64,000 bases of DNA from positions 15,686,001 to 15,750,000 of the forward strand of contig NC_086384.1 in NCBI RefSeq assembly GCF_036588685.1. Reading direction: 5' to 3'. The notes beneath the pieces are model-generated. The model saw only the letters and a list, made by a program, of their open reading frames with translations, did no database searches and was not told where the DNA came from. Positions 1 to 9,910 of the stretch are shown one piece after another (the first letter of the stretch is position 1; every line of letters begins with the position of its first letter). The DNA is from Mytilus trossulus (taxonomy: Eukaryota). The translations under genes and the position numbers were made by a program.

Positions 1-38
1 ACATTTATAAAATTTATCAAATGCATTTTCCATTTTAG

Positions 39-209
39 TTAATGGTGGATGGACAGAATGGTCAGTCTGGAGTGATTGTCCAGAAACTTGCGGAGATGAA
101 GACCTTATTAGAACTAGATCATGTACAAATCCTTCGCCGGAAAATAACGGAACAGTTTGCCAAGGGAGCAACACGGAAACAATTTCATGTTCTACAGCAC
201 AATGTCCAG
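39..209 (+). CDS. TSR (thrombospondin type-1) exon of gene 1 (gene begins upstream of window)
   Basis: AG|...|GTAAG, phase 1-1, 171 nt; VNGGWTEWSVWSDCPETCGDEDLIRTRSCTNPSPENNGTVCQG...CSTAQCP (WxxWxxW, RxRxC). Confidence 0.93.
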
Positions 210-699
210 GTAAGAAATATATTAAACGGAGTACTTGTTCATTTAAATAGAAATAATTAAGAAAACACGTAATGGCTGAAAGAAATTTGAAATTTAAATA
301 AATACAAAATAAAGGGTAGAAATGGGATGTGTGTCATGTAAAAATCACAATGGGATAAAAAAAAAAAAAAAAAAAAAACTGATTTCTGATACTTTTAACA
401 TGTTTAATAACCAATCAGGGTTAATTTAAAGTTTTCAAAGTGTTGTACTCATTCAGGTAATAAAGCGTATATTGGAGTGAAAGATAAGATCGAATGACGT
501 ATATTCAACATGAAGAAAAAATATTTCATCGGTTAGACTTTTCTCCGTACACTGACTTTTACAGTCCGTAAAAGAAACTTAATAGAAAAATTTAAAAAAA
601 ATCTATGGTGGTTAAACATGAATATGATAATTGTATGAAATTTGATGGAGACAAGGTATGGAGAATCTAACAAAGGTATATCGATATTTGTTCAAATAG

Positions 700-870
700 T
701 GAATGGAGGATGGTCAACTTGGACACCATGGTCAAGCTGTCCGGAAACGTGCAATGGTGAAACTTTAAATCGTACCAGATCATGCTCAAACCCAGAATCT
801 GACAACAATGGGACGGATTGTCAGGGAAATGATATAGAGTACATGTCTTGTCAAGAAGCACCATGTCCAG
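700..870 (+). CDS. TSR exon, gene 1 (type A)
   Basis: 171 nt, AG/GT, VNGGWSTWTPWSSCPETCNG...YMSCQEAPCP. Confidence 0.93.
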
Positions 871-929
871 GTATGTAACCTAATTATTTCCTTTTAGTTT
901 AAATTATATAACAACTAGGCATTGATTTG

Positions 930-1296
930 TATAGTTCGTTCTTATGTTGAACTGTTACACCCCTGTCCCAGGTTAGGGTTGGTTTGGAATCCCGCTAACA
1001 TGTTCAACCCGCCGCATTCTGTATGTATGTGCCTGTCTAAAGTCGTCAAGAGACAGTAATTCAGTCGTTGTCGCTTGTTGATGTGTTACATATTTGTTTT
1101 TCGTTCATTGTTGTACATAAATTAAACCGTTAGTTTTCTCTTTGCATTGTTTGACATTTGTCATTTCGGGGCCCTTTTATAGCTTACTAGAAGGTATGGG
1201 CTTTGCTCATTGTTTAAGGCCGTACGCTGACCTGTGTCATTTGGTCCCTTGTGGATAGTTGTCTCATTGGCAATTGTGTCCCATCTTCTTTTTTAT
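930..1296 (+). repeat. abundant interspersed repeat family I (other copies about 3780-4106, 4688-4835 minus, 4890-5410, 10110-10450, 11800-11900, 49130-49390 minus)
   Basis: shared aacatgtttaaccccgcc...cctgtcccaagtcaggagcc...gtctcattggcaatcataccacatcttc. Confidence 0.8.
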
Positions 1297-1676
1297 GTTG
1301 GTCGATGAAACAAAAGATCATTGTTGTGAAAGAATGATGGCATAAACAATTTTATTACTAGTATACAAATTTTAATAATTAGAAAAAATGCATTACGTAT
1401 CACATACTGTAAACGGCCTCCGCATACCAAAAGTAAAGTAAAAGTGAAGTTAACTAGTCAACAAAGAACTGCTGCTATCACAGTTAGGTAGAAAAGATAT
1501 CAATAAGTAAAATGAACAATCAAAGGCGCTACTGCGGATTTCCTGATTCCACTTATAATAAGTAAAATGAGCAAAAATTGATTTGGTTGTTGTATGACTG
1601 ATAAAACTTGGGCCATACAATACATTAAGCAATGTTAAGCAATCATCAAAGAATTGTTAATATCTATTTTAAACAG

Positions 1677-1847
1677 TTAATGGAGGATGGACAACTTGGA
1701 CACCATGGTCAAGCTGTCCGGAAACGTGTAATGATGAATATCTAAATCGTACAAGATCCTGCTCAAATCCGGCTTCTGTCAACAATGGAACAGATTGCCA
1801 AGGGAATGATATAGAGTTCAAGTCATGTCAAACAGCAGATTGTCCAG
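1677..1847 (+). CDS. TSR exon, gene 1 (type B)
   Basis: 171 nt, AG/GT, VNGGWTTWTPWSSCPETCND...FKSCQTADCP. Confidence 0.93.
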
Positions 1848-2212
1848 GTAGATAGACAAACCTTACTTTCTTTCAGTTTTATTCATAAAACAAGAGAAAT
1901 TTTGTTACATTTTCATTAAAACAAGAATTAAATATCTCAAAACAATTAAGGATATATTCGACTATTTATGATTTAACAGCTTTTCATTATAAGCAAAACT
2001 CATACTGTATCACAAACTGTAAGCGGCCTTCACATAACAAAAGTGTAGTTAACTGGTTAAGTAAAAACTGTCCGCAATCACAGATAGGTAGAAAATAGAG
2101 TAATAAGTAAGATGAACATAAATGAATTTAGTTGTAATATGACCGATTAAAATTAAGTAAGACAAGACATTGGGCTTTCTAACAGAGTAATTTTGATATT
2201 TGTTTTGCACAG

Positions 2213-2383
2213 TGAATGGAGGATGGACAACTTGGAGTTCATGGACAAGCTGTCCGGAAACGTGCAATGGTGAAAAATTAAGTCGAACCAGATCCTGTTC
2301 CAACCCAGAGTCTGACAACAATGGGACAGATTGTCAGGGAATAGATATAGAGTATATTTCCTGCCAAGAAGCAAAATGTCCAG
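2213..2383 (+). CDS. TSR exon, gene 1 (type A)
   Basis: 171 nt, AG/GT, ...YISCQEAKCP. Confidence 0.93.
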
Positions 2384-2727
2384 GTATATAGCCAAACTAT
2401 TTTTCTTTTAGTTTAATGTACACAACAATAGGAATTGTGGTATATATCTGTCAATGATACAAAAAGTCATTAAAGTGACAGAATAAGGATATGCACAAGT
2501 TTATTGAATTATACAATCTTTCATAATGAGCAAAATGTTTCGGTTCATAAATTGTAAACATCCGCTTGCTTAACTAGAATTAAAGTTAAATGTTCACGTA
2601 TAACGTGTTCGCCATCAAAACTTGATAGATTTATTATAAGCATTTCATGGTTGTATGACTGGGTCAATTAAAATTAGACAGAGCGTTACGATCTGTCAAA
2701 GGTATGTTGATATTTATTTTCTAATAG

Positions 2728-2898
2728 TGAATGGACAGTGGTCAACTTGGACATCATGGACAAGCTGTCCGGAAACGTGTAATGGTGAATATCTAAATCG
2801 TACCAGAACCTGCTCAAACCCAGCCTCTGAGAATAATGGAACAGATTGCCAAGGAGATGATATAGAGTTCAAGTCATGTCAAACAGCAGATTGTCCAG
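2728..2898 (+). CDS. TSR exon, gene 1 (type B)
   Basis: 171 nt, AG/GT, ...FKSCQTADCP. Confidence 0.93.
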
Positions 2899-2959
2899 GT
2901 ATATATTTTAAACTGTACCCATATTTTGACTAATTTATTTATTGTGTTTGTTTATTTAA

Positions 2960-3160
2960 CACATAAATGTAAATATAACGGATTTTGATGAGACTGTCAT
3001 TAAAGTGAGAGGGTTAGCGCTATAGAACCAGGTTTAATCCACCATTTTCTACATTTGAAAATACCTGTACCAAGTCAGGAATATGACAGTTCTTGTTCAT
3101 TCGTTTTTGATGCGTTTTATTATTTGATTTTGTCATGTGATTATGGACTTTCCTAATTCA
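2960..3160 (+). repeat. interspersed repeat family III (other copies 5990-6150, 11630-11760 minus, 44840-44975, 47790-47920 minus, 53490-53800, 62380-62500 minus)
   Basis: aaccaggtttaatcc...cctgtaccaagtcaggaatatgacagtt. Confidence 0.75.
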
Positions 3161-4427
3161 ACACTTTATACAACGTATCAAAATGAGCACAATATAAATC
3201 ATATAATAACCTGTATGAATAGAGACATCTAAAGACTGTATTAAAAAGTCATTTTGAGTGGAAAAATAAATTTATGGGATAAGATTATGATAAGAAAAAC
3301 ATACACTTATAGGATGAAATTTGGATAAGAAAGGAAAATATATACTAATGGAAAAGGATTCGGATAAATAGGAAAAATGAAATTATGTAAAAAAAGGGAT
3401 ATCTAGGAGAAATGCATTTTTGCGCCTGTCCCAAGTCAGGAGCCTCTGGCCTTTGTTAGTCTTTTATTATTTTAATTTTGGTTTCTTGTGTACAATTTGG
3501 AAATTAGTATGGCGTTCATTATCACTGAACTAAACTAGTATATATTTGTGTAGGGGCCATTACATTACAAATACATTAATAGGAAAATATTTAAAAACAA
3601 GGGGGAAATACATACATAGGATAAGATTCGGATCAGGGGTTAGAAGGAACAAATCACTTTTGGGATAATATTTAGATATGATTTCCCTTTTCAAATCTAA
3701 AGTTATCTACAAAAATAAATAAAGAAATATTTGTTTCATACATGCTTAGATAAAACCCAACGATAGATAATCTAACTTGGGATCCCGCTAACATGTTTAA
3801 CCCCGCCACATTATTTATGTATGTGCCTGTCCCAAGTCAGGAGCCTGTACATTTAGTGGTTGTCGTTTGTTTATGTGTTACATATTTTTTTTTTTTTTTT
3901 TTTTTTTTACATAAATAAGGCCGTTAGTTTTCTCGTTTGAATTGTTTTACATTGTCTTATCGGAGCCTTTTATAGCTGACTATGCGGTATGGGCTTTGCT
4001 CATTGTTGAAGGCCGTACGATGACCTATAGGTGTTAATGTCTGTGTCAGTTTGGTTTTTTGTGGATAGTTGTCTCATTGGCAATCATACCACATCTTCTT
4101 TTTTATATTATCTGCAATATATTCCATATGTATGCATTTTATTTCATGCACTGTGTTACAACTCTAGATTCTACTGACGCAGAAAGGTAACAGCAGACCA
4201 CCGAATACTGAATTTTATGTTCAATCTAGGTGTTCGAGAGGTGTAGTAAGCGCTAGACACAGTGCAGATGGTGTTGTCTCTATATCCCAATAACGTGATT
4301 TCGAATTCCGGACTAGGGAAGAACAAAACTTGCTTTCGCAAAATTGCAGTTTTAACATTGTTGTGCTGATATCTTAAATATGTATATAATTATATAATAT
4401 ATAGTTACATCTGATCATTTGTTTTAG

Positions 4428-4604
4428 TGGATGGAAGCTGGACATCATGGTCATCTTGGAGTGATTGTCCGGACAACTGCAATGGAGAGATTTTGTCGAG
4501 GAAGAGAAATTGTACAAACCCTATGCCACAAAATGGAGGGAAACAATGCATTGGGAATGAAACTGAAACGTCCTCGTGTGAAGCCATTGGCTGTCCATGT
4601 ATAG
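4428..4604 (+). CDS. TSR exon, gene 1
   Basis: 177 nt, AG/GT, VDGSWTSWSSWSDCPDNCNG...CEAIGCPCI. Confidence 0.9.
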   Translation, partial: WMEAGHHGHLGVIVRTTAMERFCRGREIVQTLCHKMEGNNALGMKLKRPRVKPLAVHV

Positions 4605-5472
4605 GTAAAGAAAAACAAATTAATAGGAAACTGATTAATTAGAAATTTCAGCAACTACTACGGATTTGTTTATAAATATTTCTATATAAAAAGGAAGATG
4701 TGGTATGATTGCTAATGAGACAACTATCCACAAAAGACCAAAATGACACAGACATTTAAACAACTATAGACACCGTACGGCCTTCAACAATGAGCGAAGC
4801 CCATACCGCATAGTCAGCTATAAAAGGCCCCGATGTGTGCTTTAACTGACATGATAGTGATTAAAAGGGATATAGAACAGAGACATCAGTAGTTGTCGTT
4901 TGTTTATGTGGTTCATAAAGTGTTTCTAGTTTCTCGTTATTTTTATATAGATTCATAGACCGTTGGTTTTCTTTTTTCACATGCCATTTAAGGGGCTCTC
5001 TTTATCTCGTTGAATGGTGTGAGCCACTGTTCCGTGTGGAAGACCGTACGATTACATATGATTATTTACTTTTACATATTGTGACTTGGATGATAGAGTT
5101 ATGTCATTGGCTCTCATACCACATCTTCGTATATCTACCATTGTATTCACATTATCATATGAGGCAACTCGGTTCATTTCAATCCAAAAACAAGGATCCT
5201 GTAATTCAGTGGTTGTTTTTTGGTTCATTTCTGTCATATTTGTTTAGGTTGTTGAAATCTCAATTGCATCGTTTATAATTTTTCATGCCCGGTCTTTTTA
5301 TGGCATTTAGCGTACAGTCGGTATGGGTTTATTCATTGTTGAAGGTCGAACATTTGCCTATACTTTTTAAATCCACTTCGTCTGATCTATTTGCTTAAAA
5401 GTTGTCTCATTTGCTAACACACAAATTATCCTTATCTTTAAACTAATTATCAAATATGTTTTCACATAACAG

Positions 5473-5649
5473 TTGATGGTGGATGGTCACCGTGGTCATC
5501 ATGGAGTGCTTGTCCATATAGCTGTCATGGGCACGTATTGACAAGGGACAGAACTTGTACAAACCCTGTACCGACACATGGCGGGACAGATTGCACTGGA
5601 AATAGTACAGACACGACGTCGTGTGAATCTCAAGGATGCCCATGCAAAG
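5473..5649 (+). CDS. TSR exon, gene 1
   Basis: 177 nt, AG/GT, VDGGWSPWSSWSACPYSCHG...CESQGCPCK. Confidence 0.9.
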
Positions 5650-6184
5650 GTAAACATATAATTTGTAGGAAATTACTCAATTAAAATCACTTGTTTGTTC
5701 TCTTTTTATGTCGTATCAACCAATACTGATTTGTTGGGGATGGAAAAGCTTCTATATAGTTCTTTTTGTATTATAATTCCTGCAATGTTAGTTAAAAAAA
5801 GATATAGAAAATGGTAAGGCAAATGACAAATGTTGCTTTTTTCGGATTCAGATTTTCCCCATGCCTTATAATGTTGAATTTTAGAAACAAATAATTTGTT
5901 TGCTAAAAAAAATTAAAAAAAAAATGTTTTGAATTTGATAATTGCTCCCGAAGTTAGAACTTTTATAACATGATAAAACTAGAATTGATCCATCATTTTC
6001 TACATAAGAAAATGCCATTACCAAGTTAGGATTATGGCAGTTGTGTTCCATTCGTTTGATGTGTTTGAGGTTTTGATTTTGCCATTAGATTAGGAACTGT
6101 CCTTTTTATTTATTTTTTATCGGAGTTCAGTATTAATGTAATTTCACTTACCAACTATTTAATGTTTATATTCCTATTTTTCAG

Positions 6185-6199
6185 GCTATCTTCACTTTG
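6185..6199 (+). CDS. 15-nt microexon of gene 1 (GYLHF)
   Basis: pyrimidine tract ttcctatttttcAG, donor GTATGT, phase 1-1 in frame. Confidence 0.6.
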
Positions 6200-6275
6200 G
6201 TATGTATAACTGCAATTTTTAATATATACAAATGTTTGTTAACTTTAAAACTGTCACAGTGGTTAATGTGTCATA

Positions 6276-6456
6276 ATTCGCCGTTTCAGAATGTAATGCA
6301 TCCTGGGTAATATTTTCAAAAGCGTACACCCAAGCGTTTTGATTGGTTTAAAACGTTATAAACAATGGAAATTCAACCAATGACGTAACGTTATTTTCAC
6401 TTTGGGGTAAGAACAATGAAATTACCCATGATGCTTTAGATTCTGAAACGACCAAT
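6276..6456. mobile_element. small MITE with ~40-bp imperfect TIRs
   Basis: aattcgccgtttcagaatgtaatgcatcctgggtaat ... attacccatgatgctttagattctgaaacgaccaatt. Confidence 0.7.
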
Positions 6457-6559
6457 TGAATTAATAACAGATGGTTGAAAAATAGACGGTACTATAACAA
6501 AAACATTCGGATTTGTATCGATTACAGAAAAACTTTGAAAAAAAAATGATTACTGATAA

Positions 6560-6866
6560 GATAGTTATCAAAGGTACCAGGATTAAAATTTACTCCGCCA
6601 GACGCGCGTTTCGTCTACATAAGACTCATCAGTGACGCGTATATCAAAATATTTACAAAGCCAAACAAGTTTAAAGTTGAAGAGCATTGAGGGTCCAAAA
6701 TTTCCAAAAAGTTTTGCCAAACACGGCTAAGGTCATCTATGCCTGAGATAAGAAAATCCTTAGTTTTTCGGTAAATTCAAAGTTTTGTAAATAGGAAATT
6801 TATAAAAATGACCACATTATTGATATTCATGTCAACACCGAAGTGCTGACTACTGGGCTGGTGATA
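6560..6866 (-). mobile_element. non-LTR retrozyme-like repeat carrying a hammerhead ribozyme
   Basis: homologous to 60830-61262 and to 28890-28965 plus 36070-36345; contains an HHR core. Confidence 0.75.
6596..6639 (-). ncRNA. type I hammerhead ribozyme (intact core)
   Basis: reverse complement cgcgtca-CTGATGA-GTC ttatgta GAC-GAAA-CGCGCG-TC-tggcg; stems I and II pair, palindromic minimal stem III. Confidence 0.85.
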
Positions 6867-7019
6867 AATTGTACATTGCTATATTTAACATCTTGCTGTA
6901 TTAAAATAGACAGGGAATACGAAATATAAATACCCTGATTGATTTTTTTTATTATTTTTATCCGCTAACCGAGACCCTGTGCTTTAAAGTCGTACAGTTA
7001 TACATGAAAAGCAGATTAC

Positions 7020-7218
7020 ATAAAATTGAGAATGGAAATGGGGAATGTGTCAAAGAGACAACAACCCGACCAAATAAAAAACAACAGCAGAAGGTCACCA
7101 ACAGGTCGTCAATGTAGCGAGAAATTCCCGCACCTGGAGGCGTCCTTCAGCTGGCCCCTAAACAAATATATACTAGTTCAGTGATAATGAACGCCATACT
7201 AATTTCCAAATTGTACAC
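7020..7218 (+). repeat. interspersed repeat family II (other copies 11477-11608, 29119/35533-35850, 40250-40485 minus, 40670-40860, 52440-52555 minus, 3420-3560 minus)
   Basis: aaaattgagaatggaaatggggaatgtgtcaaagagacaacaacccgacc...ccttcagctggcccct. Confidence 0.8.
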
Positions 7219-7429
7219 ATGTATGACGACATTACAAGAACAGCAATAGAAGCGTTGTTTTTTACTTTTTGTGTTTTGCTGTGCATGTAGTGAAATTGTG
7301 TTATGAACAAATAACTCATTGCAGTAATTGATTTGACAGAACACAGAAAAAACTGAATTATGCAAGGATAGCATAAAATGGCACATACATACGTTTGTTC
7401 AACATATTAACTATAAATAACTTATGATT

Positions 7430-7925
7430 TTAAGATCCATATCCCCTTTTAATAATTAAAAAAATTATCTGATAAGCTTTTTGACTCAGCTGGTAAAAAA
7501 ACAGAAGATAACGTTCAGGTTTTCGGTCATGCAAAATAAGTTTTCTGGCAAAAGAGTCACCTCTTCTACAAAATCAAATGATATTAAGTATGCTATCTCC
7601 TCTGTTTCAAAATAACAAGCTTTTAAAAAAACTGTTCTTATATGATAGTATATAAATAAAGGAACAAATAAAGCAGAAAAAAATGAGGTGTGCTGGTTTT
7701 TGAAATATTTGCTGGTTTTTGAGATATAAGCCATTACAAATTTGGCGACAAATGATTCTCTATAGAGTGTTCATACTTTTAGCATTGGTCTCAAAAAATT
7801 TGATAAAAATAGCAAGGGTTTGAAGGCAAAAAATATTGAATGGCAATACATACGTGTAGATAAAACCAGAGAAATATGAAAATCTTGCAAAAGATACAAA
7901 ATTAAGAGGAGCAAAGATCCTTAAT
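7430..7925. mobile_element. TTAA-flanked MITE (Kolobok-like non-autonomous)
   Basis: imperfect TIR ttaagatc.../...gatccttaa; internal similarity to 8811-9215. Confidence 0.55.
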
Positions 7926-8431
7926 CTTCAATATTGATGATGGAAGATACGTCAGGTTACTTTTGAAATGTAGTAAAGAAAGTTAACTAACTTTTTATTT
8001 ATTATATAGACGGTCTTCAATGTCAGCAATATCATTCATAAGATGACATATAGCTGCCTAGCTTATATATACATGTACGTCATTGTGCCTATGGTAAATG
8101 GTTGTCACATTGGCAATCATGCAAAATCCTAGTATCTTATGTGATTAAAGTTTAGTTTTTGCTTATTTTGGATATATATATATACATTTTAATGAACTTT
8201 GATTATCATTAAATTCAAGATACCAACGTTTGACTTTTTCTCCACCGAAAGTCATGTTTTCAAATTAAGAGGTATATTTAACACCCAATGTTTTATGTTT
8301 TCCTCAACAGATCATGTTTTCCAAATAAAAGGTCTATCTAACTACCAATGTTTTATGTTTTCTCGAACATAAGTCACGCTTTCTAAATAAAAAGTCTATC
8401 TAACAACCAACGTTTAATATTATCGTTTCAG

Positions 8432-8514
8432 ACATGGGAAGTGGCTTCACGAGATTAAGCTTCAATTGGAAACTGTTTGGAGTTCTATCTGCAGTGTTAT
8501 TTGTGTGGCGATGA
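8432..8514 (+). CDS. terminal exon of gene 1, GPI-anchor-signal-like tail
   Basis: tttcAG acceptor, phase 1; DMGSGFTRLSFNWKLFGVLSAVLFVWR* (small residues, spacer, hydrophobic end). Confidence 0.7.
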
Positions 8515-8810
8515 TGATTGGTGTCTATTGTTGGATGTATGCCAGTGATAAAACTGACATTTGTAGATCAATCTAATCTGTGTACTGACACCACGTGACT
8601 GACACACGCGAACACAATAAGCATGTGTTGGCAAATAGTAATCCATTAAGGGTTGATGGAAACATGTAAGACCGGAAGACACTTTTCTTTCGATTCATTA
8701 TAATTGTATCACAATGGAATTTTTTTCGAAAGTGTCATGGAAGCATTGCTTATGTATTTTGTTGGCCCTCGAACATAAAAACCGCATTTTGTTTTGTTAA
8801 TTATATGCTT

Positions 8811-9215
8811 TAGGGATGTTCGGTATTCCGTTTCCAAATAACTTTTTTTTTTAAATGTTATAAATCGATAATATATAATACAGGGACTAAAAAATAGTAT
8901 AAATGATGGGTCCGTGTGTTTTTTTATTTCGAGATATAAGTCAATGAAAATTTGGTGGAAAGTAATTCTCTCAAGACTTAATTTGCATACATTAAAATTG
9001 GAACCCTTTTTCTCACTCAAATTATGAAAATTAACTAGGCTTTAATAGGATTTTCAAATATTATTTTTTAATTAATACATGTATATGATATCTATAGTTA
9101 AGTAAAAAGGAAGGGGTTAGCTGGGAATATTTTTTATTCTTTCTAAATGGATAAAACCAGAGGATTCATCATATCTAGCAAAACTTAAAAAACAAGAGAA
9201 GCGAACATCCTTTAA
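8811..9215. mobile_element. MITE related to 7430-7925
   Basis: TIR agggatgttcg/cgaacatcctt; shared gagatataag and gataaaaccagag blocks. Confidence 0.55.
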
Positions 9216-9454
9216 CCATCAAAGTTTTAGACGAAACTTATAAACATGAGCTTCTATAACTAGTTGTTTTCAGGGTTTTGAAATTAATGTAGAAGTTCAA
9301 ATGTTTTTATTGTTTAGTCAAACTATGCATTTCCTATTCTTCTGTGACCTTATGTGCCTACAACTGCTACTTTATATTGTAAATACAATCACTACATTGC
9401 TGTTATTTCATTTTTTTCGTCATTGATGTTTTATTTTTAAAGCGGCTATTTATT

Positions 9455-9910
9455 GGGCCATTCCAGTTAATTTCTGACAGATGGGGAGATTTCTTTTTAT
9501 ACGTATCAGAAAAAAACATCATGAAAAACTACCTATCAGATCTAAAAATTAAGACCTATCAGATGTAGTGTTTCTGTTCATATTGGGTGGATGGGCTTTC
9601 ATGGGGGAAAATGACCTATCAAAATTTAGGATTGTATCCATCAAAATGTTAAACACAATACAAGATAATGCATGATACGAAACTGTTTACATTTCAAAGC
9701 ACCCCTAAGATCTAACATAGGCATTTTTGTAACCCCTAAGATGTAATTATTTTTATTTATTTACTGCTGCAATACCCTCAGAATTGTTTTGCGTATAAGT
9801 GAAAGTGTCAGATGAAAAAACCTATAATTTCACCCCTAAGATGTATAAATTTTACATCCCTCAGAAAGGACCATCCATCCCCCTTTAGCAGATATTAACT
9901 GGAATGGCCC
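9455..9910. mobile_element. PIF/Harbinger-group MITE
   Basis: TIR gggccattccagttaat / attaactggaatggccc, 3-bp ATT duplication. Confidence 0.75.

Noticed and set aside
42-260. 72-aa ORF in the track
   Set aside because: Wrong frame; the true exon is the TSR at 39-209.
4245-4320. Functional tRNA gene
   Set aside because: No clean cloverleaf; a degenerate repeat copy.
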